Shown here in pieces: positions 44,231-53,769 of a DNA stretch of 64,000 nt. The stretch is from an uncultured delta proteobacterium (GTDB lineage: Bacteria; Desulfobacterota; Binatia; UBA9968). The position numbers were made by a program, and so were the translations under genes. The number at the start of each line of letters is the position of its first letter. Position 1 is the first letter of the stretch. The notes beneath the pieces were generated by a model, which ran no database searches, was not told the DNA's origin, and was given only the letters and a program-made list of their open reading frames with translations. Location of the stretch: positions 160,001 through 224,000 of the forward strand of contig CAWJBB010000041.1 in NCBI GenBank assembly GCA_963840855.1, read 5' to 3'.

Positions 44231-45414
44231 CTAAGCCTGTGGCTGCCCGTTCGCTTGGCCGGCGTTAACCGCCGGGGCGTCGCTGACGTTATAGAAACGA
44301 GCGCAGTTATCCCACAGGATCTTCCGTTTGTCCTCGTCCGAAAACGGTAGCTTGAGAAAGCTCTCCGTGGCATGCGGATAGCGCGAGTCGCCGTGGGGAT
44401 AGTCGGTCGAATAAACCAGGTTGTCGTTGCCGAGAAAGTCGATCGTGTAGCGCGCCGGGGTTTCGTCCGGCTCGACCGACGCGACGCACTGGCGTTTGAA
44501 GTACGCGCTCGGCGCATGGTCAGCTCGCTCATGTCGAGATCACCTTCCAACTCGTAAGCTTCGTCGAGGCGCCACAAGAGCCACGGCAGCCACGAGCAGT
44601 TGGCCTCGAGAAACGCGACCTTCAAGGTCGGGTGCCGCTCGAGGATACCGCCGCCCAGAAAGCTGCCGACGCCGAACATCTGCCCGATGGGCTGGCCGTA
44701 GGCGCGCTGCATCCCCGACGGCGAGCCGAACCAGAACCTTGTCAGTTGCGGGACGCTCGATGCTGTCGCCTGATGAAGTCCGAGCGGGATCTGCAGCCCC
44801 TCCAATGCATCCCAGAGCGGCTCGTAGTACGTGTCGTGCCAGGCTTTGCCATTTACGATATTGGATCTAAGAAAGACCGCCTTGAAACCCAGCTCTTCGA
44901 CCACCCGGTGCGCTTCCGCGACCGCGTCGTTGATGTCATACACCGAGATCATGCCGGCGCCGAGCATACGCCGCGGATCGGTTTGGCAGAGGCCGTGGAG
45001 CCAGTCGTTGTACGCGCGCGCGATCGCCGCGGCAAAGCGGGCATCCGCGACGCGGGCGCCGCCGTCCGGCCCGACCAGCACGTTCAAGCCCCGGCTCGGG
45101 AACATCACCGCGACATCGAGTCCTTCCACATCCATCGCCTCGAGCTGGACCTCGCCGCTCCAACCGCGCGCGGCGTCGCCGCGGTACAGTGCCTGGTTGC
45201 GCTCGTAGTTACGGCCCTGCCGCGTCCTTCTCCGGATCGGCGGGCCATTGACATTCTGGTCCAGGAAGGTGATGCGTAGGTCGCGCACATTTTCGGACAA
45301 GACACCCCGCGGCGCGATCGCGCGGAACTCCGCGGCAATATAGCGCTCCCACAGATCGGGAGGCTCCATGACGTGCATGTCGCTGTCGAAAACTCTAAAT
45401 CCATTCTTGGCCAC
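44231..45414 (-). CDS. Amidohydrolase_2 family protein; frameshift near 44510
   Basis: DSDMHVMEP, YNDWL, LGLH, FLEANCSW; the shifted frame continues YFKRQC...STDYPHGD...ILWDN to TAG at 44231. Confidence 0.88.
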
Positions 45415-45945
45415 TTAGTTTTACCCTCCTTTCCTGCGCGCTGCTGCAAACCAGTTCGCCAGATGCACCGGTTTGCGCGGTATCCGGCTTTGGGACCGCC
45501 TTTTTGCGAAACCAAATAGTCTTCGACATAGGCCAGAGGGTCCACCATGCGATGCTGCCAGGCGCCGACGAGTCGATCCATTTTCATCGCCTCCGGCAAG
45601 GTGAGATTCGCTCCCATCTGCACCGCGATCTTGGCGGAGGCGAGCGCCGCCTGTGCAAAGCCGCCGCAGCTCAATGATGCCATGCGTCGTTAAGTCGCGA
45701 AAAAGGTTCACGTCCTTTCCTCCTCCACTGCCTTGAACCTGATGGGTGACTGGTCCGGACAAGTCCAACACCGACTGATTGAAAACACAGGCGCGTAACT
45801 TAGAGATCCTGACAAGAGAGCTGAGCGAGAGGGAATAAAGCAATTTATTTCCTACAAAATATCGTTGCCTCTTGATTTGCTTCTAATCGGCGCCCGCGTC
45901 TTGGTGCCAGTCACGAGCATGGATGCCAGGCTCTGGCCGGCGGCC

Positions 45946-47106
45946 TCATTGCTTCAGCCGTGGGCAGAAGCGCAGGGCGTTCGCACTCAGGATGTTGGTC
46001 TTCGCGTGCTCGGAGATTTTCTGCTCCTTGATGTTGGGGACGCCGTCGGGCCAGCAGGTCCCCCCGTGGGGGTAATCCGTGGCGAAAAGAAATAAGTGGT
46101 CGCCTAGCGCCTCGACGGCGTATGCGATGTGCTCCTCGTCCGACTCGATCGAGCAGAAAAGTTGGCCCGAAGCCAGGATCTCCGAAGGCTTCCGCTTCAA
46201 AAACGGCGTCTCGTAGGAGCGCGGCTTGTAGCTCCCCTCGAATTTCTCGAACATGTAGGGCATCCAGCCGCCGAATGCTTCGAAGATGCCTATCCGCAGC
46301 TTCGGGAAGAGGTCGAAGACACCGCCGCCAATGAGACCCGCAAGGGCGTACTGGCCGCCCCAGCTGTGGTAGATCGAGTTCGGCGCATTGACCCAGGGGG
46401 TAAGGGGCGGGCGCTTGAACCCGCCATGGACCCACACAGGCAGATCGAGTTCTTGGGCCAACCCGAAGATTGGCCGCAGCCGCGGGTGGTCAAGCATGGC
46501 CCCGTCGGGGCAGGCCCGCGGGACGAACGGTCCCACGTAATGCCTGTCGTTCGTCGCCCAGTAGTTGATCTGGCTAAGCGTCTCCTCGATGTCGCGCAAG
46601 TTGGAGTTGCTGACCCAGCGCAGCCGTCCCTCGGATCCGGAACAGTAGCCGGACATGAAGCGATGGTACGCCCGCTGCAGCGCGCTCTCGAACCCGATGT
46701 CGTCCAACATGCAGTAGCCGTCGGACTGGCTGGAGAACATCACGCTGATTTCGATACCCGCCGTGGTCATGTCTTTCAGGCGCGGGGCGGGATTCCAATG
46801 GCAAGATGGATCGATCTCCCGGCCGGTATTGCTGACCTCGCGGCCGGGCCCGCCCGGGCGCTCCTCCCGCGGCGGCGCGTCAAAGGCGTCGTAGATGCCC
46901 ATTGGGTGGCCGGGCAGCCGCGGCCAGAGCACTTCGCCGAGGCCGACGTCACCGGTCCGCTTCTGGTTGGCTTTGACTGCCGCGCTGAAGCGCGCGTATT
47001 TGTCACGATACTCGGGGTCGATGTTGCCCTTGTAGGTCTTGTCGAGGGCCCAGTACTCGCGGATGTGGGAATCCGCGTCGATCACGATGTGGTCGTTGAA
47101 AGCCAT
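45946..47106 (-). CDS. Amidohydrolase_2 family protein
   Basis: DADSH, VWVH, GGVFDLFPKLRIGIFE, ATDYPH. Confidence 0.9.
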   Translation of the reverse strand: MAFNDHIVIDADSHIREYWALDKTYKGNIDPEYRDKYARFSAAVKANQKRTGDVGLGEVLWPRLPGHPMGIYDAFDAPPREERPGGPGREVSNTGREIDPSCHWNPAPRLKDMTTAGIEISVMFSSQSDGYCMLDDIGFESALQRAYHRFMSGYCSGSEGRLRWVSNSNLRDIEETLSQINYWATNDRHYVGPFVPRACPDGAMLDHPRLRPIFGLAQELDLPVWVHGGFKRPPLTPWVNAPNSIYHSWGGQYALAGLIGGGVFDLFPKLRIGIFEAFGGWMPYMFEKFEGSYKPRSYETPFLKRKPSEILASGQLFCSIESDEEHIAYAVEALGDHLFLFATDYPHGGTCWPDGVPNIKEQKISEHAKTNILSANALRFCPRLKQ

Positions 47107-47109
47107 AAG

Positions 47110-48297
47110 CTAACTCCGCTCTTTTCTGTCAGGACGCGGGATGCCGAGAAGCTGAAGAATGTTGTCTGCCTGCATCTTGCGCCGCTCGTCGGCCGGAACC
47201 CCACCCATCTGCCGGTCCAGCACCTCGCGCGAGCGCGGCCAGTACGTAACCACGTGGGGGAAGTCGCTGCCCCAGATAATGTGGTCCACCCCGACCTCGT
47301 GGCGCAGCTTGATGCCGATAGGGTCGTCGTAGAAGCCCCAGTAGGCATGCTCCTTGATGTACTCGCTGGGGCGCCGCTCAAGCCGACGGATGCCGAAGTG
47401 CCGCTCGGCCCAGAAGTGATTCTTGTCGTACTCGGCATCCATCTGTTCGAGGTAAAACGAGATCCAGCCGACGTTGTTCTCGGCCCAGTAGATTTTGAGC
47501 TTGGGGAAGCGGTTCCACACGCCGGCAAAGAGCATCTGGCAGGCCGTTAGCGACCCGCAGCGCGACGGGTTGGCGTGCCGGTAGAGCCGATTGATGAAAT
47601 CGTCTTCGCCGTTCCAGTCGACGGGCTGCTTCGGGTAGTCGAAGATTTTGCCGTCGCTGCCGAAAGATATCGTCGTATGGATTGTGAGCGGCACCTCAAG
47701 ATCGATGGCCGCGGCCCAGAAGCGATCGTCCTCCGGAGTGGGGTAAGGTTTACCGGAAGGGAAGCTTTTAAGAGCGGTGGCACGGATCCCGGTGCGCTTG
47801 GACCGCTCTAGCTCGGCAATCTTGGTGTCGATGTCGCCGGCGGGGAGCATCGCCACGCCGAAGAGTCGGTCCGGGAAAGCGGCGCAATAGTCGGCGAGGT
47901 AGTCGTTGTACGCCCGCACCATCGCGAGATATGCCTCCTGGTCCTTGACTCGCATGCCGTGGGTGGCTGACGTTCCCGGGAAGAGCAGCTCGGCGTCGAC
48001 GCCGTCCTGGTCCTGCTCGCGCACGCGCTGCTCGGGCGAGCCGGATCCGATGGCCGTTGCGTACTCGAATCCAACCATGGGATCGAAGTCTTCAGGCGTG
48101 TGGCCCGCGTAGCTGCCGGTGCCGCCGAAATACTGCGAGCCTTCGGCGGAGACGATGACTTCGCCGCCCGTGGCGAGCTTGACGCGCTTGGGAGTCAGGT
48201 CACGGAACTTTTTCGGAACGCGGTCGGTCCAGAAATCCGCGGGGACCTGCAGGTGGCTATCTCCCGATACCATGCGATAAGTGCGGACCAGATGCAT
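47110..48297 (-). CDS. Amidohydrolase_2 family protein
   Basis: SGDSH, DGVDAELLFP, LTIH, RFPKLKIYWAE, WGSDFPH. Confidence 0.9.
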   Translation of the reverse strand: MHLVRTYRMVSGDSHLQVPADFWTDRVPKKFRDLTPKRVKLATGGEVIVSAEGSQYFGGTGSYAGHTPEDFDPMVGFEYATAIGSGSPEQRVREQDQDGVDAELLFPGTSATHGMRVKDQEAYLAMVRAYNDYLADYCAAFPDRLFGVAMLPAGDIDTKIAELERSKRTGIRATALKSFPSGKPYPTPEDDRFWAAAIDLEVPLTIHTTISFGSDGKIFDYPKQPVDWNGEDDFINRLYRHANPSRCGSLTACQMLFAGVWNRFPKLKIYWAENNVGWISFYLEQMDAEYDKNHFWAERHFGIRRLERRPSEYIKEHAYWGFYDDPIGIKLRHEVGVDHIIWGSDFPHVVTYWPRSREVLDRQMGGVPADERRKMQADNILQLLGIPRPDRKERS

Positions 48298-48458
48298 ACT
48301 CCTCGTAACGATAGCAGGAAGTTCCTTTTGAGGTCAGCGGCACGGGAAATCAGAATTTAGTGCCAGCTCGGGATCGAGAGCTCCCAATAAGGGAACTGGC
48401 CCCGCTCCCTTTCTACGGGCGCGAGAATATCCGATAAATCGGACGTCTGTCAAATAAT

Positions 48459-49019
48459 TTGCCGGTTGTTGCCGCAGCCCGCCGATCGGTAGGGTTCGAT
48501 CCACTGAAGTGGATGTACAACGAGGAGCGCCGCGGCTACGACTTCGTGGAGCAGGAGCTGCTCGAGCGGTCGATCGTCCCGTCCCGGCGAACGCCGAAGC
48601 GCTCCAGCTCGCCAAGGTCTCAAGCTCGACTTCGAGCCCATCAAGCAATGGGCGATCCAAGCCTCGATTACTGGAGCGAAGTGAACGGGGTGTATGTCCC
48701 GCGCTCCATCCTCGAAAACGCCGCCAAGATCGGAGACGGCGAACGGGTGTTCATTCTTTTTCCGAAGAACCATCTCGACAGCATCCTGACCAGTTCGGCG
48801 AAATCGGAAAAAACAGAACCGGTTCCTGAGGCTTCCGCCGCGATTCAGTGGCCGACGGAACCGCGCTCGGCGCTCGACAAAATCCGCGACGCAATCAAGG
48901 ATTTGGCTGGCGCGATCTCCAAAGACAAGCGCGCCGACACTCCGGCTGAACCGGAGAAGAAAGAGGCCAACGAAGGCGCGGTGCTCGTTCTCTCCGAAGA
49001 TGAGGAAAAGAGCGAGTGA
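48459..49019 (+). CDS. Hypothetical protein (start uncertain, possibly a fragment)
   Basis: Open frame with protein-like C-terminal two-thirds; no recognised motif. Confidence 0.45.
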   Translation: MPVVAAARRSVGFDPLKWMYNEERRGYDFVEQELLERSIVPSRRTPKRSSSPRSQARLRAHQAMGDPSLDYWSEVNGVYVPRSILENAAKIGDGERVFILFPKNHLDSILTSSAKSEKTEPVPEASAAIQWPTEPRSALDKIRDAIKDLAGAISKDKRADTPAEPEKKEANEGAVLVLSEDEEKSE

Positions 49020-49120
49020 TCTAGGAAGAGGGGTGGATGTCGGCTGAGCGAGAACAGAAACAAGCGGTTATCGAACTGGCAGCATTGCACCGCACCGAGG
49101 GCGCCAGCGGTTAAACCTAC

Positions 49121-49186
49121 GATTGAACTGTATTCTCCTACGACCTAATCCTACAAGACGGGACTGAGGCGTCGATCAGTTCAATC
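49121..49186 (+). repeat. 66-bp cassette-boundary site, copy I (complete, divergent centre)
   Basis: GATTGAACTG...CAGTTCAATC 10-bp perfect inverted ends; same 66-bp length. Confidence 0.9.
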
Positions 49187-49295
49187 TCAAGCTAAAAATC
49201 TGGTTTTTCCACTCGACGAATGCCTTTCGCCTTCTGTCGTAAATCTCCGTTTCCTCTAGTAAGGTCCGCGTGATACATAACGAACCGTGTGTGTA

Positions 49296-50282
49296 ATGAG
49301 GAAAGCTGCAGTCTTATCAATCTTGTTTGTGGTGGTACTGCTTGATGTTGCAGTCATAGCCGAGGCGCAGCCGCAGGCAAAGGTTTCTAAGATTGGGTGG
49401 CTCTCAGCCCGTCCCGCTTCAAACAGAATTGTCGGGCAAGAGGTACTCGTGCGCATGCTCCGTGATCTCGGCTATGTTGAAGGCAAGAACATCGCTTTCG
49501 AGTATCGATATGCGAATAATAAACTCGACCGGTTTCCCGCCCTGGCCGATGAGTTGGTTCGTCTTAAAGTTGACGTTCTCCTCACGCCTGGGACCCCTGG
49601 CGCCCTAGCCCTCAAGAACGCTACCAAAACGATCCCCATCGTTTTTACAGATGTGACTGATCCTGTTGCGGCTGGGCTGGTTGCTAGCTTAGCGCGGCCT
49701 GGGGGAAACATCACTGGGTTCAGCAGCATAGAGGCGGTGTTGGCGGGCAAACGGCTGGAGTTACTCAAGGAAGCCGTTCCCAAGATTTCACGCGTTGCCG
49801 TGTTGTGGAATCCGCATGATCCAAGCTCCGCGCAGCAATGGAAAGAAAGCCAACTGGCGGCACGAGAACTGGGTCTGCAACTTCACTCCATGGAGGTCAG
49901 CAGCGCCGATCAATTCGAGAGCGCGTTCAAGGAGGCAAATCAAGTCCGCAGCTCTGCGCTCTTCGTGGTATCGAGCGCGTTGGCCGTTGCTAATCAAAAA
50001 CGGATCGCGGACCTAGCGATAAAAAATCGGTTGCCGGCGATATACACTCGCGGAGATCTTGTTGACAGCGGTGGCTTGATGTCCTACGGACCCGACCAAG
50101 CCGAACGCTTCAGGCGTGTCGCGGTTATGGTCGACAAGATTCTCAAAGGAACCAAGCCCGCCGACATTCCTGTCGAACAACCGACGAAGTTTGAGTTCGT
50201 GATCAACTTAAAAACGGCGAAGCAGATCGGCCTGACGATCCCACCCAACGTGCTGGCGCGGGCCGGTAAGGTGATCAAATGA
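49296..50282 (+). CDS. ABC transporter substrate-binding protein (ABC_sub_bind family), paralogue 4
   Basis: Same family motifs (SLARPGGNITG, GGLMSYG, PVEQPTKFEFVINLKTA). Confidence 0.93.
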   Translation: MRKAAVLSILFVVVLLDVAVIAEAQPQAKVSKIGWLSARPASNRIVGQEVLVRMLRDLGYVEGKNIAFEYRYANNKLDRFPALADELVRLKVDVLLTPGTPGALALKNATKTIPIVFTDVTDPVAAGLVASLARPGGNITGFSSIEAVLAGKRLELLKEAVPKISRVAVLWNPHDPSSAQQWKESQLAARELGLQLHSMEVSSADQFESAFKEANQVRSSALFVVSSALAVANQKRIADLAIKNRLPAIYTRGDLVDSGGLMSYGPDQAERFRRVAVMVDKILKGTKPADIPVEQPTKFEFVINLKTAKQIGLTIPPNVLARAGKVIK

Positions 50283-50309
50283 TCGAAGAAAACCCAGCAG
50301 CGATGCCAG

Positions 50310-50375
50310 GATTGAACTGATTTCTCCGACGACTCAATCCTGTGAGAATTGTCCGTTGCGTCGTTCAATTCAGTC
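50310..50375 (+). repeat. 66-bp cassette-boundary site, copy J (complete)
   Basis: GCGATGCCAG GATTGAACTGATTTCTCCGACGACTCAATCCTGTGAGAATTGTCCGTTGCGTCGTTCAATTCAGTC; 27 bp after the SBP stop. Confidence 0.92.
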
Positions 50376-50625
50376 CTGCGGTAGAATCTTGGTCCCTGAT
50401 GAGTGATCGCTTTTGGGACCCGAGCAGAGGATTGGAAATCCTCTGCTCTTGTCATTCGATTACGAGTGTCCGTCCTCGCCCTGTCGCTTTGAGGTGGGGG
50501 GAGATGAGAAAAGCGAACTATGTACGAAGCCAAGAGTCTAAATCTACATAAGAACAACAAGAATTAAAAATTTATCAAATATTCGTAACAAGGAGTTAAC
50601 TTGACGCAGGTCATTAGCGTGGTAA

Positions 50626-51625
50626 TGCTTATACGGTTGTTTCAGCAAACCCCAATAGGTTGTGTTTACCCATGAGCGGAAGTTTTTGCCAAATCCAGAG
50701 CACCTCGAATGCGGCCGTAGGCCGTGGACCGCTGTTGTGTTCCCAGTCCGAGCAAAGTCTGAAAAGCCGCCATGGGTTGGTTACGCCGATTATGGCGAAA
50801 AACGAACTCATCGAGGTAAACTTGGAGTTGCGCGCGGCTGACACCGTGGTAGGTGCCGATCAACCACTGCTGAAGGTTGCCGATAGCACGGTCGGCCAAG
50901 GGCACTGCCGATTTGGCTCCCTTGCGCAATTCGGTTGTCTTCGGCTGCGCCCGCGCGATGTGCCGATACCCAACTTTGTCCAAACCCGTGAAACTCTTCA
51001 GAGCATCGGTGTAAATCGTCGAGCCCGCAGCGATATGCTGCTGGATAAAGCAACTGAGCGTGGCTGCCTTAAAGTCTGGGATCACAGCCATTCGCAGTCG
51101 CCCCGACGCCTTGCCGCGTTTCTCAACGGCCACCAAGACAAGAGCGGCTCGACGCCCCTTAAGTTGACGACTGCCGCGCAAGCCCGCCTGGGGGCCGCCA
51201 ATCCAAGCTTCATCGATCTCCACTTCTCCACGCAGAGGCTCGCGTGCCACGTTGATCATCGCTCGGCGCAGCTTGTGGAGCATCATCCAGGCCGTTTCGT
51301 AGCGGCGCAATTCCAGCTGACGCTGGAGCAAGAGCGCCGAAATCCCACGTTTATCCGTTGTCATCAAGTACGCCGCCCAAAACCACAACAACGATACTCT
51401 CGTATTGTGGAGAATGGTCCCCGATGTCAGAGACACCTGATGTCGGCACCCCGCGCACTGCCAGAGTCGCGTCATGACATACGCATGCTGGTTCCCACAG
51501 CGAGGACACTTAAATCCATCAGGCCAACGACAGGCGGCCAGATACTGCTGACAGGCCTCTTCGCTGGCGAACTGCCGCTGGAATCTCGCGAACTGGGAAC
51601 GGAGGCCAGCGCTATACCCGTACAT
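50626..51625 (-). mobile_element. IS1595 family insertion sequence (transposase ORF 50666-51625, 5' end garbled)
   Basis: Zn ribbon CPRCG...WQCAGC, VEIDE, IYTD, YLDEFVFRHNRR; candidate terminus TGCTTATACGG at 50626, partner end not clear. Confidence 0.85.
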
Positions 51626-51937
51626 AGAACAACAGAATTAAATAATGTGTCAAATATGCGAAACAAGTATTAATTGACGGTCATTAGCGTGGTAGCATAA
51701 CTGTAGAAATTGCATCATTGCCCGTGGCTGCTGTGCATGCACTTCTTGGTAGAGTCGCAGCCGATGAAGCCGTCGAGAATTTTCCTGTCATCCAGATTTT
51801 CCACTGCGCCTCATCTCATTCATTTCCTCGCGATTCAGCAACTGGTGGTTCACGACACTGGTCCGCCCTCGCCAATATGACCAGATTTTTCCCCTGTACT
51901 ACGGAGGCGGTGCCTCGCGAAGAACAAGAGGTCAATT

Positions 51938-52330
51938 ATGTTGAGAAAGAAAATCTTAATGGTGGTTCTGCTATTTCTCATGGCCGGCACGCTGATGGCT
52001 CAGGAGCCCGAGGTCAGGTCGCTCATCTCGAAAGATCTGAAGGACTTCCCTGGCAAAGAAGGTCTGATGATTGCAGTGGAGTACCCGCCCGGGGGGGCGG
52101 ACCCTATCCATCGGCACAATGCACATGGATTTATCTACGTACTGGAAGGCTCCGTCGTAATGCAAGTGAAGGGCGGAAAAGAAGTAACGCTGACACCAGG
52201 GCAAACCTTTTATGAAAGCCCCAACGACGTACATGTCGTCGGCCGGAACGCAAGCAATACGAAACCAGCGAAATTCCTCGTTTTCTTGGTTAAGAATAAG
52301 GGCGCTCCTGTGCTAGTGCCAGTGAAGTGA
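51938..52330 (+). CDS. Secreted cupin domain protein
   Basis: Signal peptide, PIHRHNAHGFIYVLEG, FYESPNDVH. Confidence 0.9.
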   Translation: MLRKKILMVVLLFLMAGTLMAQEPEVRSLISKDLKDFPGKEGLMIAVEYPPGGADPIHRHNAHGFIYVLEGSVVMQVKGGKEVTLTPGQTFYESPNDVHVVGRNASNTKPAKFLVFLVKNKGAPVLVPVK

Positions 52331-52487
52331 CTTGGGGAGCGTCTTTCCCGCTTGCTCCCATTATCGTCGACGGAGCAATGGGAACACGCACGAGAAACGA
52401 GCAGCAATGGTTCAACAAACAGAAACTCGCCATTAAGGCACTTAAACACTCGTCCGATTGCGGGCGACTACAGAAAGGAGAGCGCAT

Positions 52488-53243
52488 ATGAAAATCGTCG
52501 TCATCGGCGGCACCGGCCTGATCGGCTCGAAGACCGTCGCCATTCTGCGCGAGGGCGGCCACGAGGTCCTCGCCGCCTCGCCCAATACCGGCGTCAACAG
52601 CATCACCGGCGAGGGCCTCAAAGAGGCCATGGCCGGCACGCAGGTGGTGATCGACCTCGCCAACTCGCCCTCTTTTGAAGATAAGGCGGTGCTGGAATTC
52701 TTCCAGACCTCCGGCCGCAACCTTCACGCGGCGGAGGCCGCAGCCGGCGTCCGGCACCATATCGCGCTCTCCATCGTCGGCACCGACCGGACGCCCGACA
52801 ATGGCTACTTCCACGCCAAGGTCGCCCAAGAGAAACTGATCGAGACCTCCGGCATCCCCTACACCATCATCCGGTCGACCCAGTTCCTAGAATTCCTCGG
52901 TGGCATCGCCGCTTCAAGTGCGGATGGAAACATGGTCAGGCTTTCGCCCGGCCTGTTCCAGCCCATCGCGGCGGACGACGTTGCTGCCATCGTCGCCGAT
53001 GTGGCGCTCGCGGCGCCGCGCAACGGCATCGTCGAGATCGCCGGCCCGGAACGAGCACCGTTCAACGAAATCGTCGCCCGCTATCTGAAGGCGGTCGGCG
53101 ACCCGCGTCAGGTCGTGAGTGACCCCGAGGCCCGATACTTCGGCGGCCGGGTCGAGGAGCGCTCGCTCGTGCCGTTGGGCGAAGCGCGCCTCGGCCGCAT
53201 CGGTTTCGACGAATGGCTCCGCCGCTCCGTAGCTCAAAGGTAA
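52488..53243 (+). CDS. Atypical SDR / NmrA-like NAD(P)-binding protein
   Basis: MKIVVIGGTGLIG, LSIVG, YFHAKVAQE, RSTQFLEF; AAGGAG RBS. Confidence 0.9.
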   Translation: MKIVVIGGTGLIGSKTVAILREGGHEVLAASPNTGVNSITGEGLKEAMAGTQVVIDLANSPSFEDKAVLEFFQTSGRNLHAAEAAAGVRHHIALSIVGTDRTPDNGYFHAKVAQEKLIETSGIPYTIIRSTQFLEFLGGIAASSADGNMVRLSPGLFQPIAADDVAAIVADVALAAPRNGIVEIAGPERAPFNEIVARYLKAVGDPRQVVSDPEARYFGGRVEERSLVPLGEARLGRIGFDEWLRRSVAQR

Positions 53244-53439
53244 GTTACCAGGCAGGGTCGACGCGCAGCTCGAGATTGCGCCGAACCGTAAGGAGTTGCC
53301 CGTCACCCTGCCAACGCTTTACCGCGAAGTTCGCTTTCGTATCCGCGAAGCGGCCGACTGTCGGAACGGATTGCTCGGTTCGGCATCTCTTCTCTCGTCC
53401 CAAAAGCTTGAAACTTTTAAGTGCTAGTTGGGTGATGAT

Positions 53440-53740
53440 GTGAACTGCCCCGAGTGCCGGACTCAAAATTCAGCCGATGCCGTCTTCTGCGAGAATTGTG
53501 GGTCTCGGCTTGAAGTTGCCCGCACAAGTTGCGGTGGTTCCGGAGAAGTAGTGGTCGGTGCGATCGGCAACGACTTGAAGATGGACTACACTGCGGTCGG
53601 TCAGACCGTGCATTTGGCTTCTCGTATGGAGCAAATGGCGACTCCGGGATCCGTCATGATCACTAAAGACGCACTGCAACTGGCCGAAGGTTTTGTGCAG
53701 GTGAAGTCGCTCGGCCCGATTAGGGTAAAGGGAATGGGAT
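53440..53740 (+). pseudogene. Internally deleted, truncated zinc-ribbon adenylate/guanylate cyclase fragment
   Basis: CPEC...FCENCG zinc ribbon joined directly to GEVVVGAIG..DYTAVGQTVHLASRME..VKG cyclase C-terminal half. Confidence 0.75.
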
Positions 53741-53769
53741 GTTGCCTCCAAACAATGTCTGGAGCAGTA

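Noticed and set aside
46129-47550. 473-aa plus-strand ORF and other long antisense ORFs (e.g. 50660-51673, 23689-24549, 36967-37785)
   Set aside because: They lie opposite well-supported genes in GC-rich sequence and show no recognisable motifs
31309-50282. Diversity-generating retroelement acting on the SBP or GAF repeats
   Set aside because: No reverse transcriptase in the window, and differences among copies are not restricted to adenines
28391-50375. 66-bp repeats as a CRISPR array
   Set aside because: Spacing is kilobases and contains whole genes, the copies are degenerate, and there are no cas genes
28391-50375. 66-bp repeats as canonical integron attC or pdif sites
   Set aside because: Ends are ATTGAAC/GTTCAAT or ATTCAAT rather than RYYYAAC/GTTRRRY, pairing continues through the would-be unpaired spacer, there is no IntI, and there is no 11-6-11 XerC/D layout
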